Virus record (IMG/VR): IMGVR_UViG_3300014204_000128
Coordinates: 49,384 to 113,383 of that record
Source of the DNA: a virus
Lineage: Duplodnaviria; Caudoviricetes
Strand: one strand, 5' to 3'
DNA: 64,000 nt
Below the pieces are notes generated by a model. The model ran no database searches. It worked only from the letters and a program-made list of their open reading frames with translations, and was not told the DNA's origin. The first letter of the stretch is position 1; the number at the start of each line of letters is the position of its first letter. Shown here in pieces: positions 28,352 to 38,183 of this stretch. Made by a program: the position numbers and the translations under genes.

Positions 28352-29377
28352 ATGGCAGTACTAACTATAGAACACAGACCAAAAACATTCGAAGATGTCA
28401 TGGGTCAGGACACAGGTGTTAAGATATTGAAGGCAATCGTATCAAAACCAGAAGAAGCATCTAGAAGTATAGTGATAACAGGTCCATGGGGGGTTGGAAA
28501 AACCACTTTGGCAAGAATATTTGGACGTGCCCTGTCATGTGAGTCATACAAGAAAACAGGGGTTATATGCATGAAATGTCAGGGGTGTAGAAACTTCGAT
28601 AGCGGTATATCTAACAGGTATATAGAATATGATGCATCTATGGTCGGACAGGTTAGTCAAATACGAGAATTACGTCCAGTTTTCGAATTATCAACAGAGT
28701 TCTACAGAACACTCGTGATAGACGAGGCTCATTTAATAACAAGACAGGGACAGTCTAGCTTGTTGAAAGTTATAGAAGAGGGGCCAAAAAATACATTCTT
28801 TATATTGTGTTCAACGGATCCAGACATGATTTTGAAAACTATACATAGCAGGTCAACACCAGTAGACTTGCAGAAAATAGATATAGTGAACATGAAGGGT
28901 CTACTCTCAGGTATTTATAAAAAGGAAACAAACGGGGGTACACTAGATGATGAGATAATGGATAAGATCGTGTTTAAAAGTGACGGGCACGCAAGAGATG
29001 CCTTGATGACATTACAGGGGTTCATGCTATGTAACGATACAACATTGCTTGATACACCTATAGATCCTTTGTACATGTACTTTTCATACGCTGTAAGTGG
29101 TGATATAATAAATGCTAGAAATGTAGTAACTAGAGACATACTCAGGTATCATTTACACGAAGTAAACAGGGCATTGTACTATACTATTATGCAATTAGTA
29201 GTTGCTTATACTTGTAACATGAAGGAGAACAGGTATTATAACATAGCTAAAGCAATGGGTAACGGTACTATGAGTTTGATGAAAGAAGTCTCTGATAACT
29301 ATGTCCAGGGTGTCTTCAAGGATAAATACTTAGCAATAGCATTCTTTATGTCTCTGGCAAATGCATATAAAAAATAA
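28352..29377 (+). CDS. clamp loader, DnaX (Pol III gamma/tau)-like AAA+ ATPase
   Basis: HRPKTFEDVMGQ, GPWGVGKTT, C4 zinc motif, IDEAHL, LLKVIEE, DGHARDA. Confidence 0.9.
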   Translation: MAVLTIEHRPKTFEDVMGQDTGVKILKAIVSKPEEASRSIVITGPWGVGKTTLARIFGRALSCESYKKTGVICMKCQGCRNFDSGISNRYIEYDASMVGQVSQIRELRPVFELSTEFYRTLVIDEAHLITRQGQSSLLKVIEEGPKNTFFILCSTDPDMILKTIHSRSTPVDLQKIDIVNMKGLLSGIYKKETNGGTLDDEIMDKIVFKSDGHARDALMTLQGFMLCNDTTLLDTPIDPLYMYFSYAVSGDIINARNVVTRDILRYHLHEVNRALYYTIMQLVVAYTCNMKENRYYNIAKAMGNGTMSLMKEVSDNYVQGVFKDKYLAIAFFMSLANAYKK

Positions 29378-29381
29378 GCAT

Positions 29382-30317
29382 ATGGGTAAAATAGAACCAA
29401 GGGAACTAAGAATTATATTCGACAGGGGCTATGTAACGAATAATGATGAGAAGATACTATCCAATGTGTGTGAAATGGTTTACAAATCACATTTTGCCCA
29501 AGCATTCTCAGATAAGGGTGATGACTTAATACAGGAAGGACTACTTGGATTAATACGACTAGTTAGCGAGAACAACTTCGACGAAACAAAGGGTGATATA
29601 TTAACGTTCGCATATTCCAGGGTCAGGAATTCTATGTCCAATTACTTGTATGCCGAACAGAAATACAATAATCCTGCTACTCCAAACAAACCAGTCCAGT
29701 ATTTCGATAACGTTGACTACGGGAATAAAAGTAACTCAGATGTAAAGAATGATATTTTCTCAAAGTCAAAGAATGCACCTTACATAGAAGAAGAAAAAGT
29801 AGGGGAGATAAGAAATCACGTGAGGAGTATGATACAAACCTTAGGTATAGAAGGTGACTTGGCATACTGTGTAGAAACGTATTTCAACGACAAACTGGGT
29901 ATAAAGTGCATATTGAAACAACCAACGGATTACTCGATAGATTTCATAGACAAGTACAGGTTTTACGTTAATACTATAGAATACGACGTGATAATGAAGT
30001 TCTTGGGTTCTAGGGCTTTTGACAACAAGATACAGGACATAGTTGACGTTCTGGAAGCTGAAGGTGATATTGATTTCTATATGAGGATGTTCATAGATTC
30101 CCTAAGTGATAAGCAGATGGAAAAACTAATGTACGTGTTCAGTATGAACGACTTCAAATTCCCGTCTAAGTACAAGATATTAAAAGTAGATGAGTACGTG
30201 TCAATCTACAAGAGAATAAAACATGGTGCATCAGTGGAAGATATTTCCAAGTCATTTGATAAACCAAGTGTAACGGTCAAAGCAATTTTTGACAAGTTTG
30301 ATTTAATTTTTAGTTAA
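29382..30317 (+). CDS. phage RNA polymerase sigma factor (sigma70 region-2-like)
   Basis: DDLIQEGLLGLI..FDETKG...TFAYSRVRNSMSNY; HTH-like C-terminus. Start could be 29361 or 29382. Confidence 0.75.
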   Translation: MGKIEPRELRIIFDRGYVTNNDEKILSNVCEMVYKSHFAQAFSDKGDDLIQEGLLGLIRLVSENNFDETKGDILTFAYSRVRNSMSNYLYAEQKYNNPATPNKPVQYFDNVDYGNKSNSDVKNDIFSKSKNAPYIEEEKVGEIRNHVRSMIQTLGIEGDLAYCVETYFNDKLGIKCILKQPTDYSIDFIDKYRFYVNTIEYDVIMKFLGSRAFDNKIQDIVDVLEAEGDIDFYMRMFIDSLSDKQMEKLMYVFSMNDFKFPSKYKILKVDEYVSIYKRIKHGASVEDISKSFDKPSVTVKAIFDKFDLIFS

Positions 30318-30343
30318 CAATTAATCCTTAATTTTTAAGAAGT

Positions 30344-30565
30344 ATGAAAATCTATTACAATTGTTCAGTTCGTTGGAAAATCGATGGAAAGAACGGGCCA
30401 GTATGGCAGACAGAAACATGGCTGGTAAAAGCAATCAGTATCTCAGATGCGGAAAAAATGGCTTTCAGTCAGGCAGAAAATGACCAGTTACCACAATTTG
30501 AAGTAAGATCAGCAACACCATCAACTATAAAACTAGTCGTAGATGTTGAAGAAGAAAATGATTAA
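30344..30565 (+). CDS. DUF4494-like protein
   Basis: YNCSVRW...TETWLVKAISISDAE resembles the Bacteroidota DUF4494 N-terminus. Confidence 0.6.
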   Translation: MKIYYNCSVRWKIDGKNGPVWQTETWLVKAISISDAEKMAFSQAENDQLPQFEVRSATPSTIKLVVDVEEEND

Positions 30566-30575
30566 GTAGTTAATC

Positions 30576-30601
30576 AAAAATTTAAAGCATTTTTATATAT
30601 T
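30576..30601 (+). promoter_or_regulatory. putative late promoter (packaging/portal operon)
   Basis: AAAAATTT-N9-TTATATATT. Confidence 0.7.
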
Positions 30602-30638
30602 TAAGCGTGGGAAGTGGTTTTTTCACGCTTATTTTTTT
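30602..30638 (+). terminator. terminator-like hairpin overlapping the presumed late transcription start
   Basis: TAAGCGTG...CACGCTTA followed by T7. Confidence 0.6.
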
Positions 30639-30641
30639 AAT

Positions 30642-31259
30642 ATGTTAACAGGTACGGAAGACACTAGTAGTGAGTTTAAATTTGATGACGCTCTAACTAA
30701 AGAACGGGAAGTAAATGAACAGAGTGGTAAACCAAAAGACATACCTCCAGTAAATGAAAAGAAAGGGTTTGGGCAGTCACTTAATTTAGCCCACTTGATA
30801 GGTGAGCAATCACTGGCTTGGGTTAGGGGTGATTTAGAAGGTAAACCTGTAGGTATAAAACAACTGGGGGATGATTTCACTCAAAAGTTAAACTGGTACG
30901 TGGGTTGTACTATTCTGGCTCAGTACGCAAGGATACCGGCATTGTTTGATGCATTAGGAACAGTTAGTGAAACATTATTTAATAATGTTACTCTGGCAGA
31001 AGAGACGGATCCTGTAAAGCTGATGGAGTATTATAAGAATATCCAGAAAGAGATAATGCAAATAATGGAGTTCGCAAGGAAATTCGTTATTCAGAACAAG
31101 GATATGTTAGCTGATAATTCTAGTTTCTATGACAGGTCTCTTTTCGAAAAGATAAAAAGTATGCCAATGGATCAGGTTAGGGATTACCTAACACTGTTCC
31201 AGATAATAGAAAGTAAAGGTCAAAACATTCTTAAAGAAATAATCGAAACATATAAATAG
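30642..31259 (+). CDS. hypothetical protein (candidate terminase small subunit)
   Basis: Helical first gene of the late operon, upstream of TerL; positional call only. Confidence 0.35.
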   Translation: MLTGTEDTSSEFKFDDALTKEREVNEQSGKPKDIPPVNEKKGFGQSLNLAHLIGEQSLAWVRGDLEGKPVGIKQLGDDFTQKLNWYVGCTILAQYARIPALFDALGTVSETLFNNVTLAEETDPVKLMEYYKNIQKEIMQIMEFARKFVIQNKDMLADNSSFYDRSLFEKIKSMPMDQVRDYLTLFQIIESKGQNILKEIIETYK

Positions 31260-31268
31260 AAAAATATA

Positions 31269-32018
31269 ATGGCAACAATAGTGGGTAAGAAACAACTCGG
31301 GGACGTCAATAAAGGTGACTTAAAAGCACAGGTAATTGAAAAACTGATAAGTCTAGGTAACAATCCCGATGAAGTCAAGAAAATGGTAGAACAGGAATTC
31401 GAGTATGTCTCTAAGAAATACACTGGGGTATCTAAGATAGCTGAAGTAATCAGTTCATTGTATGAACAGAGTGATAATGCAAAGTTGGTCGTGAAGAAAA
31501 AACAGGTAAGTGATGCAGCAGGGAAATACAAGGTCGGGGATGAGGTATATACATGGCAGAACCCAAATTTCAAATGTAAGATAGTGAAGGTGCTAAGTGG
31601 TTCTGAACCATCTTACATCGTTGATTTACCAGACCCTGACAATGAAGGTAAGTTCATTAAAAGCAAACCAGTAAAGGAATCTGAAGTTGACATGAAGCCA
31701 ATAAAAGATAGTACAACTACAAAAGGAACTATAGCCAAGAAGAAAGTACAAGACGCTGGAGGACCTGTAAGTATATCAATACAGGAAAAGGACGGAATGA
31801 TCGTCATGGAATTGACAGGACCACAGTGTCAGATGATGGCTGAATTTATCAAGAAGAAATTCAGCAAGGAAGTTGAAGAGGTTGCTCCGATCTCAGGTGG
31901 TGTTGCTGTGTACTTCGATCCAAAGAAAGTAAACAAGTCAAAGTTAAACGCTATTAAGACAGAAATAGAAAACAACTCCAGTATAACAGCTAATTTCATG
32001 GATTCTAAAAATATATAG
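31269..32018 (+). CDS. multi-domain putative head-internal protein
   Basis: Small domains (including KOW/SH3-like YKVGDEV) separated by K-rich linkers ending VSDA, IKDS, VQDA, FMDS. Confidence 0.55.
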   Translation: MATIVGKKQLGDVNKGDLKAQVIEKLISLGNNPDEVKKMVEQEFEYVSKKYTGVSKIAEVISSLYEQSDNAKLVVKKKQVSDAAGKYKVGDEVYTWQNPNFKCKIVKVLSGSEPSYIVDLPDPDNEGKFIKSKPVKESEVDMKPIKDSTTTKGTIAKKKVQDAGGPVSISIQEKDGMIVMELTGPQCQMMAEFIKKKFSKEVEEVAPISGGVAVYFDPKKVNKSKLNAIKTEIENNSSITANFMDSKNI

Positions 32019-32034
32019 GATAAAAATACATTAC

Positions 32035-33942
32035 TTGAACAAACAAAGTAACATATCAGATATATTTCAAAGTATACTAGATTCAGTAGACGATAATAGT
32101 ACGGAGAGAATTTACATACCAATACCTCCTGCTGATTTTTTCCAAAGCGAATACCATTGCGGTATGCCTAGTACTATGATACCAAAGTTCTGGTTGGATG
32201 AAGCAACGGAGTTCATAGAAGGAGGGTACAATGAACTAATCATAACAGGATCACTTGGTGCATTCAAAACAACGTGGGCAAATATGATACTGTTGTATAA
32301 GATGTACGATTTATTCTCATACCGTTCTATACATTCATACTTGAAATTACCACAGATACAGGACATCTATAACATATACTTTAACGTTAACTTGACGCAA
32401 GCCAGGTTAACAGGTTTCAATCAGTTGAAGAACTTGATTGATGCTAGTAGGTGGTACACTACAAATTTTCATAGAGATAAAGAACTAAACTCTATACTGA
32501 AATTCCCAAATAACAATAAGTTCATGTTCCTATCAGGTTCAGGTCAGCAGCATGCAATAGGAATGTCAGTCTGGTCATTTGTATTAGATGAAGGTGATTT
32601 CTTTAAGAAAAACGGGTCTGGGTTTGATGAGTCATACTCTACAGTGACAGAAATGTACACTGAACTAGTAGACAGGAGGGTATCACGTTTCCAGCATGGC
32701 GAGACAGACCTGTCATTCTCTATACTTATTAGTTCGGCTTCATTCCAATCCTCATTCGTTGAAAAACGGATAGCAGAATCAGCAAGTGACCCAAAGATAA
32801 AGGTGGTCAAGGCGGTACAGTACAAAGTAGTTCCTGAAAGGCATTCACAAGAAAAGTTCGTGGTATTCGGAGGAGACACAACAGTCGATCCTGAAATAGT
32901 CACAACATCGCAGGATTTTAATAATATAATGGCAAAAATGGGGTTAAAGACCCAGATAGATGCTACACTACCAGTACAGGCTGCTTACTACCAGTTGCCA
33001 CCAGATTTAAAATTGAAGTTCGAGTTACCACCTATTGACTTAAAACAAAGGTATGAAAAGAACTTAGCAAAGTCATTGCAAAACTTCTCTGGTTTCTATG
33101 TCGCTGCTGAAGGAAAACTTTTCCAATCAAAAGGTTTACTCTACTCTGCATATACTCCTGGATTAGTGCATCCATTCTCTAAGGATAAAATAGAAATATC
33201 TAATGGTGACACTGTAAAATTACAGGACTACTTCATGGCTCAACTACTTACACATATAGAACGACCACATGCACTCCACCAAGATGGATCATCTACTGGA
33301 GATAGCACTGGTTTGTCAATGGTAAGGTACGATGGTATGGTTGGAAATACTAGGGTATACACACAGGTATTTAGTTTGGAAATAATACCTCCAGGACCTC
33401 CTAATAGGATAAAACTGTCAAAGTTGAGGGACTTTATACTGTACTTAAAGAAAGAAGTAGGGGTTAATATAGTCAAATTCACGCAAGATATGTATCAATC
33501 TGAAGACAACCTACAATTGTTGGCAGATGAAGGTGTCGAGGTCGGTAGGCAGTCTATAGATTCAAGCGATAAACCATACTTGACATGGATAGGGTTACTA
33601 GTGGATACATCAATAAAACAATACAAGTACAAGGTGCTGGAAGAAGAAGCGTTCGCAGCAATACACAACAGAAGGAAACACAAGGTAGACCATCCTAAGA
33701 TGGAAGGGTCTCCAAACATAAACGTTCTGCAATCATTCGTTGGGGCACTCAACAATCTGGTTATGCTAGATTCAGATTCGATGAAAACATCAGATTACAA
33801 CTTGGTAATGCAGAAGAAAGAAAAAAAGGGGGTTCATGAATTAAGAGACATAATGGGTAATCCAATATACACTGATAACATTATCAGAACAGTTAAAACA
33901 GGTAAGAAGCAAAAAGATTTTTATAACTCAATACTAGGATAG
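32035..33942 (+). CDS. terL: terminase large subunit
   Basis: IITGSLGAFKTT (variant Walker A), VLDEGD, ISSA, nuclease HQDGS..GDSTG, TQDMYQS, KVDHP; directly upstream of portal. TTG start. Confidence 0.85.
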   Translation: MNKQSNISDIFQSILDSVDDNSTERIYIPIPPADFFQSEYHCGMPSTMIPKFWLDEATEFIEGGYNELIITGSLGAFKTTWANMILLYKMYDLFSYRSIHSYLKLPQIQDIYNIYFNVNLTQARLTGFNQLKNLIDASRWYTTNFHRDKELNSILKFPNNNKFMFLSGSGQQHAIGMSVWSFVLDEGDFFKKNGSGFDESYSTVTEMYTELVDRRVSRFQHGETDLSFSILISSASFQSSFVEKRIAESASDPKIKVVKAVQYKVVPERHSQEKFVVFGGDTTVDPEIVTTSQDFNNIMAKMGLKTQIDATLPVQAAYYQLPPDLKLKFELPPIDLKQRYEKNLAKSLQNFSGFYVAAEGKLFQSKGLLYSAYTPGLVHPFSKDKIEISNGDTVKLQDYFMAQLLTHIERPHALHQDGSSTGDSTGLSMVRYDGMVGNTRVYTQVFSLEIIPPGPPNRIKLSKLRDFILYLKKEVGVNIVKFTQDMYQSEDNLQLLADEGVEVGRQSIDSSDKPYLTWIGLLVDTSIKQYKYKVLEEEAFAAIHNRRKHKVDHPKMEGSPNINVLQSFVGALNNLVMLDSDSMKTSDYNLVMQKKEKKGVHELRDIMGNPIYTDNIIRTVKTGKKQKDFYNSILG

Positions 33943-33945
33943 TAT

Positions 33946-35544
33946 ATGAAGCCAAAAAAGATAGGTAGCTATGTAATTTCATCAGCAAAGGATACAGTGA
34001 TGGATTCTATACTTAATCCTAAAGAAAAGAAAACGATTGAAGATAGTTACAGTATCTTTGATGAGAGTTTCTTAAAAACATTAGGTATAGACAAGAGCAA
34101 TAAAAGTGCAACGGGTTCTCTGGAGTCAAGGCTAAAACAGGAAACTAACACAAGGAAACAAAGATACGCAGACTACAAGGAAGCGGCTGCTGATCCTGTA
34201 ATAGGTCAGGCTATTGAAATGATGGCTGATGACGCTACCCAGTTTGACGTAGACAGGGAAGTAACTGTCTGGGTGGAATCAGATGACAAGAAATATGCTG
34301 AAGCAATAAATGGTATAATAAATGACTATATTGATCCATTCATTGATACACTCGCATCATGTATCATATCAAAGGGTGAGTTTGCTTTTAAAGTAAACAA
34401 GGAAGAAGACGGGGAAGACAGGGATGGTTTTAAAGATGTGGTACTTGTTCCATACAAGCATATTGAAAAATTACATCATCTTATATTGCCTAACCAAGAC
34501 AGATTTTTCTATATATGTCCAGATATATCTCAGTTCTCACAAAAAACAGCACTAGATGAAGATTCATTCCATAGTTTCTCTGACTACTTGCATTTTATAA
34601 ACTACTCTTTAGAAAATTCTGAAGAATACAAGATGTCAATACCTACAGGAAACACGGTAAAAGAAGAAGACATCTTCATACTACAGGGTGAATCTATAAT
34701 AGCTGAAAAGGTATTGGATTCATACAAGACACTGAAGGCACTAGAAGCAGCAATAGTCCAATACAGGTTGGCAAAATCAAAACTTGTACGGTTCGTGAAT
34801 GTCGAAGTATCAAGGTTGACTGATGATGCAAAGGCTCAGAATATAGTTAACTACGTGCATGAGAGTATAGTTACTAACGAAATGATATCTAGTGGGTCAA
34901 ACGGGTATGAGTCTAATGGTACACAGGCAGAACCAGTGGTAGTTACCATACCAGTGAAAAATGGTGTCGGTGGTATAACTATACAGGAATTTGCATCAGA
35001 TGTGAATATAAAGGATATTGCTGACTTGGACTATTTCATGAACAAGATATTCGCAGGTCTGCGGACCCCACGTAGTTATTTCAACTTTGATGAAGCATTG
35101 CCAGGAGGAGGTATGTCGGGTACATCACTAGTAAGGATGGACATTCGTTATGCACGTGCAGTCAAGAAGGTTCAAAGAGTCATAATTAACGGGATAAAGG
35201 AACTTATACTGATATTCAATGAAGTTAATGGCATAGAAAAAAATAAAGCCCCTAAGGTAAAAATAAAAATAATAAAAGTAGCTTCTGCTGAAGACTCTGA
35301 CAGGTACACGGAATTCGAGCAACGCCTGGCAATGGCGAATCAGATAATGTCCGGTTTGGTAGACCCAATGACGGGTGAAATTAATCTAAAATTAATTGAC
35401 ATGTACTTGAAGTTCTTTACCCATGTGATACCAATCAACGAAATGGTTATATTTCTAAACAGCATCAAGAGTAAGACGGATATAAAATCAAAACCAGAAG
35501 GACTGGGTGTTAAGGGAACATTAAAAACTACACCAAATGGCTAA
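33946..35544 (+). CDS. portal protein (T4 gp20-like)
   Basis: GESI, L..LEAAIVQYRLAKS..RFVNVEV, DIADLDYFMNKIFAGLRTP, DIRYARAVKKVQ. Confidence 0.88.
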   Translation: MKPKKIGSYVISSAKDTVMDSILNPKEKKTIEDSYSIFDESFLKTLGIDKSNKSATGSLESRLKQETNTRKQRYADYKEAAADPVIGQAIEMMADDATQFDVDREVTVWVESDDKKYAEAINGIINDYIDPFIDTLASCIISKGEFAFKVNKEEDGEDRDGFKDVVLVPYKHIEKLHHLILPNQDRFFYICPDISQFSQKTALDEDSFHSFSDYLHFINYSLENSEEYKMSIPTGNTVKEEDIFILQGESIIAEKVLDSYKTLKALEAAIVQYRLAKSKLVRFVNVEVSRLTDDAKAQNIVNYVHESIVTNEMISSGSNGYESNGTQAEPVVVTIPVKNGVGGITIQEFASDVNIKDIADLDYFMNKIFAGLRTPRSYFNFDEALPGGGMSGTSLVRMDIRYARAVKKVQRVIINGIKELILIFNEVNGIEKNKAPKVKIKIIKVASAEDSDRYTEFEQRLAMANQIMSGLVDPMTGEINLKLIDMYLKFFTHVIPINEMVIFLNSIKSKTDIKSKPEGLGVKGTLKTTPNG

Positions 35545-35669
35545 AAAGACTGGAAATTACTCTGACTTTATTTCAAGTGAAATAGACAGATTAAGAAAAA
35601 ATGAAGTAGAAACAGACGCATCTGAAATAAGAAGGTTAAAGAAAATTGTAAGAAATAAAACATACTCAA

Positions 35670-36671
35670 ATGAAACAAGATAATAAATTTACTCCAAGCA
35701 GGGAGGAATACGAATCAAGTCTAAAATCTATACATGATAAATTCTCAAGGGTCATGGATGAACTAGACTCTGCATCTCAGTATCAAAATGGTGTTACTCA
35801 ATATGCAGTAAATGGAAAGCAGTTCATGCCAGTGGGTGCATCAGTAAAGGTGATTCCAGCTGGATGGTATAAATTTACATTCAACGGTAGAACATACGTT
35901 CCAGAAATACAGGATGTGAGGAACGATGAATTGGTTAAATTACCGATGCCTGAATATGATGCAGTACTGAATGATGTTGACAAATTCAGGGGTTCTGAAC
36001 AAGACTACAGGAAGTATAAATTCCCATATAAACGGGGCATACTTTTATTCGGACGTCCCGGTACTGGGAAGAGTGGTTTAATACGTTTGCTAGGAGATGA
36101 CTTAATAAAGCGTGAGAACGGTGTACTGTTCAATCTACAGTCACCCGACGATATATATGCGTTCGAGTCTATCTTCTCACTATTCAGGGAAATAGAACCG
36201 AACAGACCTTGCTATTGTGTTATTGAAGATGTGGATAACTTCGTAAGGTACGGTGGAGGTGTTACAGCAAAATTGCTCAATGTGCTAGATGGAAATATGG
36301 CATATGACAATATTCTATTCATTGCCACAACCAATTATCCTGAAGCATTGATAGAAAGTATAGCAAACAGACCAAGCAGGTTCGACAGGAGATATGAGAT
36401 ATCAACACCATCCCCAGAAGCAAGGAAGGTATACATCCAGTCTAAGTTTAAAGACATGTCAGTAGATGAAGTTGATAAGATAGTCAGTATGACTGATAAC
36501 TTCACTATAGACATGTTGAAGGAAGTCGTGGTTTCATATAAGGTACTCAGGTATTCACTGGAAGAAAGTGTAAAAACAGTTTCTGGTCTTTTCAAGTTTG
36601 GGACAAAGCTAGGTGATTCTGTTATACTGGATAGTACACGTGAGTTTATTGATAACGAGTTAAAAAGATAA
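35670..36671 (+). CDS. AAA+ ATPase
   Basis: KRGILLFGRPGTGKS, VIEDVD, LLNVLDG, ATTNYPE, NRPSRFD. Confidence 0.9.
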   Translation: MKQDNKFTPSREEYESSLKSIHDKFSRVMDELDSASQYQNGVTQYAVNGKQFMPVGASVKVIPAGWYKFTFNGRTYVPEIQDVRNDELVKLPMPEYDAVLNDVDKFRGSEQDYRKYKFPYKRGILLFGRPGTGKSGLIRLLGDDLIKRENGVLFNLQSPDDIYAFESIFSLFREIEPNRPCYCVIEDVDNFVRYGGGVTAKLLNVLDGNMAYDNILFIATTNYPEALIESIANRPSRFDRRYEISTPSPEARKVYIQSKFKDMSVDEVDKIVSMTDNFTIDMLKEVVVSYKVLRYSLEESVKTVSGLFKFGTKLGDSVILDSTREFIDNELKR

Positions 36672-36673
36672 TT

Positions 36674-37159
36674 ATGCCAGCTCCCATAATAAAGTCATTT
36701 GCAGAAAAGAGTGGTAAGTCAGAAAAAGAAGTAGAAAGACTATACAAGGAATCTAAGAAGATTGTAAGTAAAGAATACAATCTGAAAGAATCAGATGGTG
36801 AGTCATTCTACCAGTTGGTAATAGGTGTACTTAAGAAGATGTGTGGTATCTCTGATAGTATAACAATTCATATATGTTCTAATTGTCAAGAAGAAGTAAG
36901 TGACTCAAGCAAGTTCTGTGGGTCTTGTGGAGGTGAACTAATGGATGGTGAAACAGGCATGATGTATAAGATAAGTAAGAGTGACATAGATGCACTAAGT
37001 TCATTCTTATACACTATGCTTAAGACTAAAATAGTGTTTAGTGACTTGATGAGATTTATAAAGAACACAGTTCGTGCATATAGTGAACCTACCCAGGATA
37101 GTTTCGTCGAGTTTGTCAAGAGTTTAAGTGAAAAAGATATTAGAAACTTAATAAAATAA
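36674..37159 (+). CDS. putative head protein with internal Zn-ribbon cassette
   Basis: N-terminal helical domain, ISDS, CSNC..VSDS.KFCGSCGGELMD, then a short helical domain. Confidence 0.7.
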   Translation: MPAPIIKSFAEKSGKSEKEVERLYKESKKIVSKEYNLKESDGESFYQLVIGVLKKMCGISDSITIHICSNCQEEVSDSSKFCGSCGGELMDGETGMMYKISKSDIDALSSFLYTMLKTKIVFSDLMRFIKNTVRAYSEPTQDSFVEFVKSLSEKDIRNLIK

Positions 37160-37164
37160 AGGTT

Positions 37165-37578
37165 ATGAAATTTGAAAAACTTTTCGACTATCTGTACTTT
37201 ATAAAGTCTGTGGAAAAAAACATAAAAGACGGTGGAATGGTCAAAAAACTAAATGACAACAAATCATTAGAATTAGAAGACAAAGATTATTTTATGCTTA
37301 CAGATTCTGTAGAATCCTATATGGGTGAGATAGCGATGTACTCTAAAGAAAAGTCATTCTATAAAAAACTACAAGACGAAACACTGTCAGTAGACAATAT
37401 GCCGAATCTTTTTGCTTTTCAAACCCACCTCAGTATTGGTTTGTCAGAAAGATTAAAGACACGGTCAGTAGTTGATTACACACATTTCATTGGATTGAAG
37501 AATATAATTGACAACATGGTAACAACTATATTAAAGGAAGGGTCATGTGTCAATACATTGAAACCACTAATGAAGTAG
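37165..37578 (+). CDS. hypothetical protein (head module)
   Basis: 137-aa ORF in the late operon. Confidence 0.65.
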   Translation: MKFEKLFDYLYFIKSVEKNIKDGGMVKKLNDNKSLELEDKDYFMLTDSVESYMGEIAMYSKEKSFYKKLQDETLSVDNMPNLFAFQTHLSIGLSERLKTRSVVDYTHFIGLKNIIDNMVTTILKEGSCVNTLKPLMK

Positions 37579-37581
37579 AGT

Positions 37582-38127
37582 ATGGTATTCAGGTCTCAAC
37601 TTACGTTAAATCATTTTGCACTAAACGATGAGACGTCACGCGATCTCATTCGCTACGCAAAACAGACGCCTGAAATAGTCATTCGTGCTAAGAAACAAAT
37701 ACTCACATACTACCAGGGGGTAACAAAGGAAGGCATTATAAAATTCATGACACCATCTGGAACAACCCCAGGATTATATTGGTTGCAAGAAGTTGAATTA
37801 TCTGATTTGAGATGGTTGATTAAGAAGTATGAAGGTAAGAAGAAGCCACTAGAAATAGTTAGAATAGCTTTGCAGGGTAGTATTAAAACAACATGTAATG
37901 ACCCAGATGGAAATTCCGAACCATCATGGCTATTTTTTGGTCATAAATACAAAGCAACAGTATCGGGGTATAACTTAGGTACTCCAGAAAACAGGTTTCC
38001 AAAAGTAAGGAATCCAACATTAGCTGGTGGTGGGTGTAAGCACGTCAGGGCTGTTATGGAAGCATTACCATTCCATGCTGGTATCATTACAAAGGATCTA
38101 ATCAAGAACGGGATGCTCAGTAAATAA
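37582..38127 (+). CDS. SWIM-zinc-finger-like protein
   Basis: C.....WLFFG..Y.AT...RFPKVRNP...GGCKHV..V; the first CxC is degenerate. Confidence 0.55.
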   Translation: MVFRSQLTLNHFALNDETSRDLIRYAKQTPEIVIRAKKQILTYYQGVTKEGIIKFMTPSGTTPGLYWLQEVELSDLRWLIKKYEGKKKPLEIVRIALQGSIKTTCNDPDGNSEPSWLFFGHKYKATVSGYNLGTPENRFPKVRNPTLAGGGCKHVRAVMEALPFHAGIITKDLIKNGMLSK

Positions 38128-38152
38128 AAAATTTAAAGTAAGATTATATATT
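38127..38152 (+). promoter_or_regulatory. putative late promoter (protease-capsid operon)
   Basis: AAAAATTT-N9-TTATATATT. Confidence 0.7.
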
Positions 38153-38183
38153 GTTTTAAATTGCCAAACAAAAAGAATTAAAA

